Positions 44,053 to 53,808 of a DNA stretch of 64,000 nucleotides are shown one piece after another. This stretch comes from a virus. The stretch is taken from IMG/VR virus record IMGVR_UViG_3300017991_000096, positions 1-64,000 of that record, one strand, 5' to 3'. How positions within the stretch are numbered: position 1 is the stretch's first letter; each line of letters starts with the position of its first letter. The notes under the pieces were generated by a model. The model had not been told where the DNA came from, ran no database searches, and was given only the letters and a program-made list of their open reading frames with translations. Position numbers and translations under genes: made by a program.

Positions 44053-45345
44053 ATGCCCGAGAATCCCGAGCGTGGTTTGATTACCACCATCATCGACAAC
44101 GAAGCGGCCGACGAGGTCACTGCCTACGTCAAGACTCAATGGTTTTTCGATCCCGAGTGCCGGCAGGCGTGGAACATCATCGCCGCCCACTACCAGGATC
44201 ACCGCGAGACGATCAGCCGCGCGCTCCTACGCGAGCAGTTGCCTGGCTTCACCTTCGAGCACTGGAGTGACAGCCACGAGGCGATGCTCAAGACCGTGCA
44301 GGAGAGGTACATCCGCAACCGAGCCATCGACATCGCGGAGGAGGCTGCGATCGAGCTAGAGGGTGACCCTCGCGCTGCGCTGAGCGAACTCGTGGCCGAC
44401 CTGACTCGGTTGCAGGCAAGCATCGTCCGAGACGCAGGGGCGGACATCGCCGCGACGGTCCACGACGCCAAGGACCGCTACCACTACCGCAAGGACAACA
44501 AGGGTTCTCTCGGCCTCCCCTGGCCCTGGCCCCCGCTCCAGCGGACCACGAACGGCGCCCACAACGGTAGCTACAACCTCATCTACGCCCGCGCTAAGCA
44601 GATGAAATCGTGGGTCGCCATGGTCATCCTCAAGCACTGGATCTACCACCACCATCGACGGGTCATCGCCGTCAGCCGGGAGATGGGCAAGGATCAGATC
44701 CAAGATCGGTGGCTCTGCCTTTGGGCGGGCGTGGACTACAACCGCTTTCGCAGCGGTGACCTGGAGCCCACGGAGGAGGAGATGATGTCCGACGCCGCGG
44801 ACGCCATCGAGGAGGTGGGATCGTTCTACGTCGAGAGCATCGAGGGCTACGGTGCTGCGGCGGCGGCCGAACTCGACGCGCTCTGCGAGCAGTATGAGCT
44901 AGAGGAGGGCGACGTTGTCTGGGTGGACGGCGCCTACTTCTTCGCTGAGGACTCCAACTGGCAGTCCTTCCGTTCGTTCTCGCAGGGCTTCAAGCAGGTG
45001 CTCCTGCGCCGCAACCTTGTCGGGCTCATCACGAGCCAAGGCAACCGACAGGTGAGTAGCAAGCTAGACAGCGACGCAGGCGCCGAGATGGGGCTAGGTG
45101 ACGCCCCGATCCAAGACTGCGACCTTGCCATGAAGCTCAAGTTGTTCCCCGAGGAGAAGCACCTACTGGTGCTCGTCAATACGCTCCGAGAGGGCGTCCC
45201 CTGCCAGTTCACCATCCACGCCCGACCGTGCGTAGACTTTGGCTTGAAGTTCAGCGAGGCCCCTGACCTTGACGATCAACCAAAACGGAAAGGACGGGTT
45301 GTCGGGGCACCCGTCGTCGGAAAGAAGCGCAACGAAGATGAGTGA
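44053..45345 (+). CDS. DnaB-like replicative helicase
   Basis: N-terminal DnaB domain; variant Walker A ARAKQMKS; SREM, VWVDG, TSQGNR, IQDCD. Confidence 0.85.
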   Translation: MPENPERGLITTIIDNEAADEVTAYVKTQWFFDPECRQAWNIIAAHYQDHRETISRALLREQLPGFTFEHWSDSHEAMLKTVQERYIRNRAIDIAEEAAIELEGDPRAALSELVADLTRLQASIVRDAGADIAATVHDAKDRYHYRKDNKGSLGLPWPWPPLQRTTNGAHNGSYNLIYARAKQMKSWVAMVILKHWIYHHHRRVIAVSREMGKDQIQDRWLCLWAGVDYNRFRSGDLEPTEEEMMSDAADAIEEVGSFYVESIEGYGAAAAAELDALCEQYELEEGDVVWVDGAYFFAEDSNWQSFRSFSQGFKQVLLRRNLVGLITSQGNRQVSSKLDSDAGAEMGLGDAPIQDCDLAMKLKLFPEEKHLLVLVNTLREGVPCQFTIHARPCVDFGLKFSEAPDLDDQPKRKGRVVGAPVVGKKRNEDE

Positions 45346-46378
45346 CATCGTACTCGCAACCTCCAAGGACATCGCTCTGCTCAACCAGTCGCAGGCGGTG
45401 ACATCGTCCACGTCGAACCATCTCGCCATGCTGGCGATGGATTTCCACGACGCTGGTGTCCAGCAGCACATCAACTACCTCGCCTCACTTCTCTTTGAGG
45501 AGTCGTGCCATCTGCGATCCATCGCGGAGGGCAAGTTGCTGACCCTCAAGGAGCAGCAGGACAAGGAGAGCGGCGAGTCGGAGGACGCCTCGCATGACTT
45601 CCTGTTCGCCCACTACGACCAGCGCGAGGTGCAGGACCGCGGCGCCGACAACATCAAGTGGTACAACCCCCACACTGAGATCGGAGACACGACCGGATCG
45701 ACCAGGCTTACCAAGAAGCGTGGTATCTGCTTCCACCACACCGCCGTCAAGGGTGGCTTCGGCACGCACTCCAGCCGCCGAGACTACTGGGCGAATCAAG
45801 GGCTGTCCTGGTCACCGGCTGTGCCCCAGCCCAACGGCAAGACGGCTCCAGGCATCTGGCGGTCGCAGCCCTCTGGGAACATGAACGGGGTCCGCTGGCA
45901 GGACTTGAACGAACAGCAGCAGACCGACGCATGGGTGCGGGCGATGGCGCTGGCCGACCGCTACCGCGGGTACGTTCCGCAGGACTACAACAACGGCGTC
46001 CCGTATCAAGTCATCAGCGGCCCGAACTCGGTGCTGTACTACAACCTGCCCTTCGACTGGGTCACCTACCATGGCAACGGGGCGAACACGCACTACCTCG
46101 GGTACGCCTGGGACGCCAAGAGCACGGTGGACACGTTCAACCCCGACGATCTCCTCCGCGACATCAAGCAAACCATCCATGATGGTAAGGAGGAGGGGCA
46201 CTTTCAAGACGGGCTGGAGTTCACCATGCACTGCGTCTACACGAACAAACCGGACGACGTGGGCAAGGTCTTTGCCGAGTTCCTCGTGGACATCGCTGAG
46301 GAGTGCGACGCCACGATCCGCATGGACTACAAGGCCCACCCCTCCTACAAGTCCTTCAACGAGGTGCTGGCGGCGTGA
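45338..46378 (+). CDS. N-acetylmuramoyl-L-alanine amidase (endolysin-like)
   Basis: ICFHHTA, VPYQ, VTYHGNGAN..LG, TMH....KPDDVG fit the Amidase_2 Zn-binding pattern. Confidence 0.7.
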   Translation: MSDIVLATSKDIALLNQSQAVTSSTSNHLAMLAMDFHDAGVQQHINYLASLLFEESCHLRSIAEGKLLTLKEQQDKESGESEDASHDFLFAHYDQREVQDRGADNIKWYNPHTEIGDTTGSTRLTKKRGICFHHTAVKGGFGTHSSRRDYWANQGLSWSPAVPQPNGKTAPGIWRSQPSGNMNGVRWQDLNEQQQTDAWVRAMALADRYRGYVPQDYNNGVPYQVISGPNSVLYYNLPFDWVTYHGNGANTHYLGYAWDAKSTVDTFNPDDLLRDIKQTIHDGKEEGHFQDGLEFTMHCVYTNKPDDVGKVFAEFLVDIAEECDATIRMDYKAHPSYKSFNEVLAA

Positions 46379-46713
46379 GGACTTCACCTGGAGAGCTACT
46401 CCGCCAAGACAAGGCCGAGTACATGGAGCTACTGGATCGCCTCGCCAGCCTGGACGAGCGCGAGGTGGCTCGCTACACCATCTTGGAGTATCTGCGCCTC
46501 GTGGCGCAGAGCATCGAGCAGGGTGCCAAGGCCACGGGCGGCCACACTGACCGCTCCAGGGCGACCATCTCAGTCATCCTCGCGCTCTGTTCCCAACTGA
46601 ACCAGCCCAGCGACGCCGAGAGGAGCATGGTCATCACCGCCATCCTCCGTGGTAAGCAAGGGGCTTACCATGACGCCCTCAACGCACTAGGAGTGCCAAC
46701 GGACGACACATGA
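46375..46713 (+). CDS. Hypothetical protein
   Basis: GTGA and ATGA overlaps at both ends; start uncertain. Confidence 0.6.
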   Translation: MRTSPGELLRQDKAEYMELLDRLASLDEREVARYTILEYLRLVAQSIEQGAKATGGHTDRSRATISVILALCSQLNQPSDAERSMVITAILRGKQGAYHDALNALGVPTDDT

Positions 46714-47603
46714 ACCCCATCGAATCGACCCTCACTCGCCTGGGTGCGAAGGACCTTCGCCCCACACCCGAGGGATTCGAGTCGCGCTGCCCCGTTTGCA
46801 AGAGCAAGCGGCGCAGCTTCCGAGTAGCCCACGTCGGCAAGAACGGTCGCGTGGGCGCTTTCTTCTGTCACCGCTGTGGAGTGACAGGCGATCTCGTGTC
46901 CCTGCTCATGCAAGCCTACAGGATGAGTCGGAGCGAAGCGGAGAGCACCGCTACCGACACCGCCGGATGGGTCAAGCACCATCGACCTGACATCCCTGAC
47001 GACCCCATGGGCCCGTGGGAGATCGAGCCGTACCGTGAGGTGCTGTCCGACTACCTCGTGGGCCGCGGCTTCGACCCCGAGTGGATCTGGCACTACCGGA
47101 TCGGGATGGACCTGTTCACGAACGAGGTGGTCATCCCCAACTACGATGCGGAGGGCAAGCTGGTGGGCATCACCCGCCGCGTTGCCGAGGACGGGGCGCT
47201 CTACGTCCACTCGAAGTTCTCCAAGAGTGACCACGTCTGGGGCCTCGACCTTGTGCCCAAGGATGCGAAGATGGTTGCTATCGTAGAGGGCCAGCTTGAC
47301 TGCCTCGGTCTGGCCCCTCACATGGACATCCCCGTGTGCTCAACCAACGGTTCGTGGATGAGCAAGGCGCAGGCCAAGCTACTCTCCAACTACCTCGTGG
47401 TGCTCGCCTACGACAACGACCGCGAGGGCATCAAAGGTACGCAGCGAGCGATCCGCTTACTTCGGGATGCTGGCTCGACCGAAACCAGGGTCCTATCTTA
47501 TCCTACAGACGATCCGGGCGATCTCGCCCAGAACCCCAACCCCAACCTAAGCCTAGTCACTTCGATACGGTGGCTAGCTACCCGGAACAGGAACACGGAA
47601 TGA
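46710..47603 (+). CDS. DNA primase (Zn finger plus TOPRIM)
   Basis: CPVC...CHRC, YLVGRG, IVEGQLDC, LAYDNDREG. Confidence 0.9.
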   Translation: MNPIESTLTRLGAKDLRPTPEGFESRCPVCKSKRRSFRVAHVGKNGRVGAFFCHRCGVTGDLVSLLMQAYRMSRSEAESTATDTAGWVKHHRPDIPDDPMGPWEIEPYREVLSDYLVGRGFDPEWIWHYRIGMDLFTNEVVIPNYDAEGKLVGITRRVAEDGALYVHSKFSKSDHVWGLDLVPKDAKMVAIVEGQLDCLGLAPHMDIPVCSTNGSWMSKAQAKLLSNYLVVLAYDNDREGIKGTQRAIRLLRDAGSTETRVLSYPTDDPGDLAQNPNPNLSLVTSIRWLATRNRNTE

Positions 47604-48886
47604 CACTCAGAGGAGTAAAGACTGCCAAGGCCGCCAAGGCTGCGGCGAAGGACCGCGGCTCTCGCGGTGGACGCTTCAACCGCCGAATCCAGGCCAAGAC
47701 CGACGAGCCGTTCATCGGTCGCTTTCGCGGGCTGACCGAGCCCCCGACGCGCGTCTGGGAGGAGGGCGAGTTGAACAAGCTCGACACTGACGACTTGGTG
47801 GAGATCTGTAGCGAGATCCAGGCGGTGTTCAAGGAGGACATGGAGAAGTCCGAACTCGTTGACGCCATCCTCGACCGCTACAAGAGTCTGGAGCCGGCGT
47901 TGAACGCACGCCACTACGTCGATCGCAACAAGGGTCGCAAGGGCGCCTTCACCTACATGAACTGCGGAGACTCCGAGGCGGCTGTGCTTGGTGACATCCG
48001 TACCAAGACGGACTGCGAGATCTGCAAGGCCAGGCTCAGCGGTGACAAGGGCGTCGGCTGGCCGCAGACGACCAACTGGTTCTCGTTCTATGACTACCGC
48101 AAGGTCCACCGCATCCCGAGCGGCGACGAGGAGAAGGACGAGTACGTGCCCTGCACGATGGAGGAGAAGGGCCACTGCAAGCAGTGCTCTCGCAACAAGA
48201 AGATCCTCGACCGCGAAGGCATGGACGAGGGCGACTTGAAGTTCGAGGACAACGACGCCTTCAACGAGTGGTGTGCCAAGACCGGCTATGCGCGGACCTA
48301 CGCCAACGGTATGCGCATGTTCAACCTTGCCAACAAGTTCGCTGATCTCGTGCTGGACCTCTCGGCTCGCATCAGCCGACACTGCCGATCCTGCGGCACC
48401 GGCAAGGTGAAGCCCACGGGCGCGTGCTGCCCCCACTGCGGGGAGGAGTACGACTGGGACGAACTCATCGAGGCAGGGTGGAATCCCGAGGAGATGCAGA
48501 ACGTCGAATGTCCAGAGTGCGGCGAGGAGGGCGTGCCCGAGCCCATGTACGAGTGCTCCAACTGCGACGACGCCAAGCCGGCGCGGCTGTGCGACGTGGA
48601 CGTGCGGTGCGTGATGACGGGCGAGGGCACGAGCAAGAACTGGACGTTCACGGAGCAGTTGCCTGTGCGACCCCTCGACTACACGGACGAGGAGGACGCG
48701 GTGATCCTGAGCACGCCCCTCCCCGACTACGACCGCGAACTGGCGCCCCCGAGTGTGGAGGAGCAACTCAAGTTCATTGGCAAGGCACCCGCTCGCGGCC
48801 CGACCCCTTCCGCCCCCGTCGTCGGCGGCAAGAAAAAGAAGAAGGGTGGCAAGGGCGGGAAGGGCATGTTCTCGAAACGAGGCTGA
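47600..48886 (+). CDS. Putative ssDNA-binding protein (gp32-like) with HeH insert and six CxxC
   Basis: Between primase and polymerase; RHYV...MNC...CEIC and MTGEGTSKNWTF resemble the gp32-like core. Confidence 0.5.
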   Translation: MTLRGVKTAKAAKAAAKDRGSRGGRFNRRIQAKTDEPFIGRFRGLTEPPTRVWEEGELNKLDTDDLVEICSEIQAVFKEDMEKSELVDAILDRYKSLEPALNARHYVDRNKGRKGAFTYMNCGDSEAAVLGDIRTKTDCEICKARLSGDKGVGWPQTTNWFSFYDYRKVHRIPSGDEEKDEYVPCTMEEKGHCKQCSRNKKILDREGMDEGDLKFEDNDAFNEWCAKTGYARTYANGMRMFNLANKFADLVLDLSARISRHCRSCGTGKVKPTGACCPHCGEEYDWDELIEAGWNPEEMQNVECPECGEEGVPEPMYECSNCDDAKPARLCDVDVRCVMTGEGTSKNWTFTEQLPVRPLDYTDEEDAVILSTPLPDYDRELAPPSVEEQLKFIGKAPARGPTPSAPVVGGKKKKKGGKGGKGMFSKRG

Positions 48887-48889
48887 GTC

Positions 48890-51100
48890 ATGCTCCCTGC
48901 GCTCTACAGAGAGGGGCAGTACCCCTACGACGTAGACGCCGAGGTCGCAGCCATCTGGACCGTGGAGACGCCCTCCGAGCTAGCCGAAGTGCTGGACTAC
49001 TTGGAGGGCGTCTCGTCCGTGGTGGCCGTTGATACCGAGGCGGACGACATCGACCCGAGCAGCGAGAGCGCGGCCGGGAAGGGTCGGCTCGTGACCACGC
49101 AGCTAGCGTGGATCGAGGACATCGAGCAGTACGCCGACGTGGACGCCATCGTCGCCGCCATCCGCCGCGACGAGGTCACCATCGAGCGTGTGTGGATCGA
49201 CTGCCGCGACCCCGAGATGGTGCGCCTCCTCAAGCCCTGGCTTGAAGATGACCACCCCAAGGTTCTGCACAACGTCGATTTCGATAAGCACATCTTCCGC
49301 AACCACGGTATCTGCCTCGATGGTATCGTTGGGGATACGCTATACATGAGCCGTCTGGAGTACCCAGAGCGGATCAGCCACGCGCTCGACGGTGGCATGG
49401 GGCTCGTGTCCAAGCTGCTGGGTGAGAAGCGGCTCACAACCAAGCAAGCGCTCGCCGTCAACAAGTTCAAGAAGGACGGCTCGCTGGGCAAGGCTGTCGA
49501 GTGGTACGGGATGCTCAACTGCGTCGAGGACGAGGAGATGCGCCCGTTCCAGCAGGTGTACTCGACCTTCGACGTGCTCGACACCGTGCGGCTCTACTAC
49601 GTGCTGGTGAGCAAGCTGGGCGACTGGGAGTGGGCTGGGGACTCTCGTGGCCTCCTCGGATACTGGGAGGACACGGGGTGCTCCTACGCCGTCAACACTC
49701 TGCACGACATGGAGCGCCAAGGGGTCTGCGTTGACCCTGGCATCGTGGAGATGCTCATCGAGGAGTACGAGGCGTACCGCGACTCTCTCGACGCAAGGCT
49801 GTGGCGCTGGGCTGGGTGCCAGATCAACTGGAACAGCCCGAAGCAGAAGTCCTACCTGCTGTTCGGGCCAGAGGGCGAGGCACGAGAGTTCAAGGACACA
49901 AAGCGACGCACTGACATCGTCATCGTCGGCAAGGAGTTGCCGTTCAACGAGGACCCGCCCGAGGACGGCGATGTCGAGTTCTTCCCGAGCACGGACCAGA
50001 GCGCCCTACAGTACATCCTTCGATGCTATGTCGAGGAGGACGGCTGGGTGTCGGAGGAGGACGCGACGGCGATCAAGCTGCTACAGGAACGGCAGAAGGT
50101 CGAGAAGCTGATCAGCGGCACCCTCTACCCGCTCCAGCGGAACATGCGGTCACGCCACGCTTCGGGCCTCCGCGACCAGGGTCCGTACACCTACGTCCAC
50201 TCCAACTTCTCGGTGGGCACGAGGACAGGTCGCCTCGCATCGAACAGCCCCAACCTCCAGAACATCCCCGCACGGTCCCGCATGGGCCGGCGTATCCGCC
50301 ACGCATTCATCTGCGAGAAGGGTGAGGTCATGCTCGTCTGCGACTACTCGCAGCTAGAGCTACGCATCCTCGCCTACTACGCGATGGTGCTGTTCAACGA
50401 CCCGTCGTTCTGGAACGTGCTCAAGTCTGGCGACGTTCACCAGGCGACGGCGGACAGCCTTGGTATCAAGCGCTCCGCAGCCAAGGCGATCAACTTCGGT
50501 CTGGCTTACGGCATGTCGGCCTTCAAGCTAGCCAACGACCTGGGTATCACCGAAGCCGAAGCCAACGACATCCTCGACAGGTTCTTCCGCCTCTACCCTG
50601 GCGTGAAGCGGTACATGGACTGGGCCAAGGCATACGCCCACGAGAACGGGGCAGCGCGCACCATCCTGGGTCGCTACCGCCAACTGCCCGACATCAACAG
50701 CCGCAACCGCAAGTACCGGAGCGCCGCAGAGCGCCGCGCCATGAACACCCCGATCCAGGGTAGCGCCCAGGACATCGTCGGCACGGCGATGGTGGCGTTG
50801 GAGAACGACCTAGAGCTTGCCAGGTACGGCTTCATCATGCGGCTCCAGGTTCACGACGAGATCGTGGCGACCTGCAAGCTGGAGCACCGCGAGGCCGCGC
50901 TGGCCCGCATGATTGAGGTGATGGAGAACGCCATGCCCGCAGAAACCATGGCAGGGGTTCACTTCCGCGTTGACGGCCACTGGGGCCACTCATGGGCGGA
51001 AGCCAAAGAAGGTGGCATGTTTACGTGCCCCAAGTGTCGCGGCAAGGGCTGCGACTTCTGCGAAGATGGAGAACTGCACGACTGGAAGGTAGCAGCATGA
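48890..51100 (+). CDS. polA: DNA polymerase family A (3'-5' exonuclease plus polymerase)
   Basis: AVDTE, HNVDFD, TGRLASNSPNLQNIP, DYSQLELRILA, AKAINFGLAYG, NTPIQGSA, LQVHDE. Confidence 0.97.
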   Translation: MLPALYREGQYPYDVDAEVAAIWTVETPSELAEVLDYLEGVSSVVAVDTEADDIDPSSESAAGKGRLVTTQLAWIEDIEQYADVDAIVAAIRRDEVTIERVWIDCRDPEMVRLLKPWLEDDHPKVLHNVDFDKHIFRNHGICLDGIVGDTLYMSRLEYPERISHALDGGMGLVSKLLGEKRLTTKQALAVNKFKKDGSLGKAVEWYGMLNCVEDEEMRPFQQVYSTFDVLDTVRLYYVLVSKLGDWEWAGDSRGLLGYWEDTGCSYAVNTLHDMERQGVCVDPGIVEMLIEEYEAYRDSLDARLWRWAGCQINWNSPKQKSYLLFGPEGEAREFKDTKRRTDIVIVGKELPFNEDPPEDGDVEFFPSTDQSALQYILRCYVEEDGWVSEEDATAIKLLQERQKVEKLISGTLYPLQRNMRSRHASGLRDQGPYTYVHSNFSVGTRTGRLASNSPNLQNIPARSRMGRRIRHAFICEKGEVMLVCDYSQLELRILAYYAMVLFNDPSFWNVLKSGDVHQATADSLGIKRSAAKAINFGLAYGMSAFKLANDLGITEAEANDILDRFFRLYPGVKRYMDWAKAYAHENGAARTILGRYRQLPDINSRNRKYRSAAERRAMNTPIQGSAQDIVGTAMVALENDLELARYGFIMRLQVHDEIVATCKLEHREAALARMIEVMENAMPAETMAGVHFRVDGHWGHSWAEAKEGGMFTCPKCRGKGCDFCEDGELHDWKVAA

Positions 51101-51312
51101 CTGACGACAAGGAACAGAGACTCAAGAGTCTGCGCCGACGGGCGCACAACATCGAGACGAGCCGGCTCGACGGGGTGATCGACAGCGTCGTGAAGTCCAA
51201 AGGCCACGAACTGTGGAGCAGCGAGCAGGAGTGGCAGGAGTGGCTCGACGTGCTCAAGGCCGAGAAGCAGCGCCGAGAGGAGGGGACCAATGGGGTGGAA
51301 GCGGACAGCTAA
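51097..51312 (+). CDS. Hypothetical protein
   Basis: ATGA overlap with the polA stop. Confidence 0.6.
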   Translation: MTDDKEQRLKSLRRRAHNIETSRLDGVIDSVVKSKGHELWSSEQEWQEWLDVLKAEKQRREEGTNGVEADS

Positions 51313-51523
51313 GCGCATCATCATCGCCCTGTACTGGGAGTTCTGCCAGGACGAGGATGACTTCATGCAGTCTGTCGCCGTGGCGCACTTCGACGGCAAC
51401 ACCGCTGACGACGTTGTGGTCGCCCTCCTCGACCAGACCTTCGAGGGCACCGGCAAGAAGGCAGTCCGCATCCAGCGGACCCGGATCGGAAGGGGGCGGC
51501 CCCATGCCACGCAAGTCCGATAA
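51290..51523 (+). CDS. Hypothetical protein
   Basis: GAGGAGG RBS; fills the gap. Confidence 0.55.
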   Translation: MGWKRTAKRIIIALYWEFCQDEDDFMQSVAVAHFDGNTADDVVVALLDQTFEGTGKKAVRIQRTRIGRGRPHATQVR

Positions 51524-52793
51524 GCCGAAGCTGAAAGGCGGCAAGCAGAAAGGTAAGGCTAAGGCCAAGCCTGACGCGAAGCTGGCGAAGGTCCGCGACA
51601 TCGCCAACACCATCAACAAGAAGCTGGGTGGGAAGGGCACCGTGCTCGTGGGCGCGGACATCGAGGAGCTAGAGTTCCAGAAGGTCCGTACCAACAACCC
51701 AGCCATCGACTACGTGACGAACGGCGGCATCATCCGTGGTCGCATCACGCAGTTCTGGGGCCCAGAGGGCTGCGCCAAGACGACGAGCCTAGCCGCGGTG
51801 ATTCGACACTTCCAGAGCCTTGGACTCGTCTGCGGCTTCGCTCCCGTCGAGGGCTTCGACAAGGGGTGGTGGCGCAACGTCGGCGTGTTCATCCCCTACG
51901 GCTCCAAGGAGTTGGAGCGCATGGACAAGGCCAAGCGGAGGCAGGCAGAGCGGTACAACCTGTTCTACCAGGACGCAGGGTACTCGCCCCTCGTGCTCGT
52001 CCAGCACCGGGCAGGCGACGAGGTGCTCCAGATGATCTACGACCTGACGAAGTCCAACGCCTTCGACTTCCTGGGGCTCGACTCGCTCGGTGCCATCACG
52101 TCGTCCCGCATCCTAGACGACAAGGACGTGAGCGACCCGTCCGAGTATGGCGGTGAGGCCAAGCTGTTCAACACCTTCCAGCGCTTCATGCAGTCGGCGT
52201 TCAACACCTACTACGACGACGATGGCAACGCCGACGCCAGTGGCCGCAACCTGAATCAAACCATGGTTGTCGCCATCAATCAGGCTCGTGTGGCGATCGG
52301 TGTACGAGCCATGCGCCGCGAAAAGCAGTTCTACCCGACCGGCGGGCAGGGGCTCAAACACTTCTGGTCCCAGAGCGTGTTCTTCGACCACATCGCGTCC
52401 GACGAGCAGAGCGACACGGTGTCCTACGACGGGCACCAGCGGCGGGACGTGTACGCCAAGACTTTCAGGGTCTTCGGCCACAAGATGCGCGGCGGGCCTC
52501 CCGACCGCGACGCCAGGTTCACCCTTCATGTCAAGAACCACACGCACGACGGACAGTCGTGGCGTGCAGGGCAGATCGACACCGTCAGCACGGTGCGAGC
52601 GCTGGGCGTCATGCTCGGCGTCATCGACAGATCGGGCGCTCACTACAGCTACGGTGGCACCCGCATTCACGGCAAGGCGAACTTTGACGCAGCCCTTTGG
52701 AACGACCCCAGCCTCTACCAAGAGGTCTACGACGCAGTCATCGACAAGGCGATCGAACAGAGCGGTGCGCACAGCGTACCGGGCACGGAGTAA
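51504..52793 (+). CDS. recA: RecA/UvsX-like recombinase
   Basis: IDYVTNGGIIRGRITQFWGPEGCAKTT, LDSLGA, AINQAR, PTGGQGLKHF, IDRSGAHYSY...HGK. Confidence 0.92.
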   Translation: MPRKSDKPKLKGGKQKGKAKAKPDAKLAKVRDIANTINKKLGGKGTVLVGADIEELEFQKVRTNNPAIDYVTNGGIIRGRITQFWGPEGCAKTTSLAAVIRHFQSLGLVCGFAPVEGFDKGWWRNVGVFIPYGSKELERMDKAKRRQAERYNLFYQDAGYSPLVLVQHRAGDEVLQMIYDLTKSNAFDFLGLDSLGAITSSRILDDKDVSDPSEYGGEAKLFNTFQRFMQSAFNTYYDDDGNADASGRNLNQTMVVAINQARVAIGVRAMRREKQFYPTGGQGLKHFWSQSVFFDHIASDEQSDTVSYDGHQRRDVYAKTFRVFGHKMRGGPPDRDARFTLHVKNHTHDGQSWRAGQIDTVSTVRALGVMLGVIDRSGAHYSYGGTRIHGKANFDAALWNDPSLYQEVYDAVIDKAIEQSGAHSVPGTE

Positions 52794-52797
52794 GGAA

Positions 52798-53304
52798 ATG
52801 ACCAAGCAAGAGATCAAAGAAGCCATCGAGGATATCAAAGAGTCAATCTCGGCCGCAGCCTCAGACGCAGCATCCGCCGTGTCTGAGGCACAGGACGCCG
52901 AGAACAACGCTGACAGGGCGTACAGGTATCTGGAGTCGCTGGAGAAGGAGTTGCAGGAGATGACGGAGGACATGCCGCTGCACGACAGCGTGGTGCTCCT
53001 TCTCCACGCGCTGCTGCCCTTGAACGACGACCTGGCCGAGATGACGCAGGAAGATCTGGAGTGCGAGGGCTCCGAGTTCGTCCCCAGGATCGGCGTAGCG
53101 CAGCGCAGGGCCCGTGAGGTGCTCAAGGAGATTCACGAGCAACCAGGCTCGCCCTCTATCGTGTCTGCCGGCTCTGAGCAGGCGCGGATCATGGTGAAGG
53201 TCGTGAAGGAGGAGTGCGAGGATGCGCTTCCTGATCACGTCGTGGCGCTACTCAAGAGTCTGTTTCACGCCACCTACATCGCGGGGACGAGTCACCGTGG
53301 ATAG
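52798..53304 (+). CDS. Hypothetical coiled-coil protein
   Basis: ATG 4 nt after the recA stop. Confidence 0.65.
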   Translation: MTKQEIKEAIEDIKESISAAASDAASAVSEAQDAENNADRAYRYLESLEKELQEMTEDMPLHDSVVLLLHALLPLNDDLAEMTQEDLECEGSEFVPRIGVAQRRAREVLKEIHEQPGSPSIVSAGSEQARIMVKVVKEECEDALPDHVVALLKSLFHATYIAGTSHRG

Positions 53305-53494
53305 CACCGAACCCATCGAGGTTTTCTTCGAGAAGGAGATCAGCACCTCGGACAAGTCCGTGCTGTTCCGCTTCACATGCGGCACGGAGGCATGGATCCC
53401 GCGCTCGCAGATCAAGCGGCAGGTGATGTACGACGACGGCAGCGGGGCGATCTCCATCCCTGAGTGGCTCGCCCTGGACAGGGGCGTTAGTTGA
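53297..53494 (+). CDS. Small conserved phage protein (WIPRSQI...IPEWLA)
   Basis: The motif is common in small phage beta-proteins. Confidence 0.65.
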   Translation: MDSTEPIEVFFEKEISTSDKSVLFRFTCGTEAWIPRSQIKRQVMYDDGSGAISIPEWLALDRGVS

Positions 53495-53808
53495 AGCGTC
53501 GCAAGCGCTGGAAAGTGCAGGAGGCTCGCTTGGGCCGGGAGGGCGCACGTCGTGTTCCCGGTTCAGGCGCAGGCTTTCTCAAGGGCGACAACAAGGGTGA
53601 GACTTTCCTCATCCAAGCCAAGACCACGGGCAAGAAGCAGTACACGCTGACCATCAAGGATCTTCGCAAGATGGTGGACGATGCCAACGTGGAGGATCGC
53701 ATCCCTGTTATGCAAATAGAGTTCCATACCAACGATGGGGAGCAGTATGCTGTGCTTCGCTGGGCGGACTTCACTGCTATACTGGAGGACTCGGATCTGG
53801 ACCTATGA
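53491..53808 (+). CDS. Holliday-junction resolvase-like PD-(D/E)xK nuclease
   Basis: QEARL...RVPGSGA...KGD....FLIQAKTT. Confidence 0.75.
   Translation: MKRRKRWKVQEARLGREGARRVPGSGAGFLKGDNKGETFLIQAKTTGKKQYTLTIKDLRKMVDDANVEDRIPVMQIEFHTNDGEQYAVLRWADFTAILEDSDLDL

Noticed and set aside
44575-44615. Inactive DnaB because of the non-canonical Walker A (ARAKQMKS)
   Set aside because: The catalytic K-S and downstream motifs are retained, so this is probably a tolerated variant.
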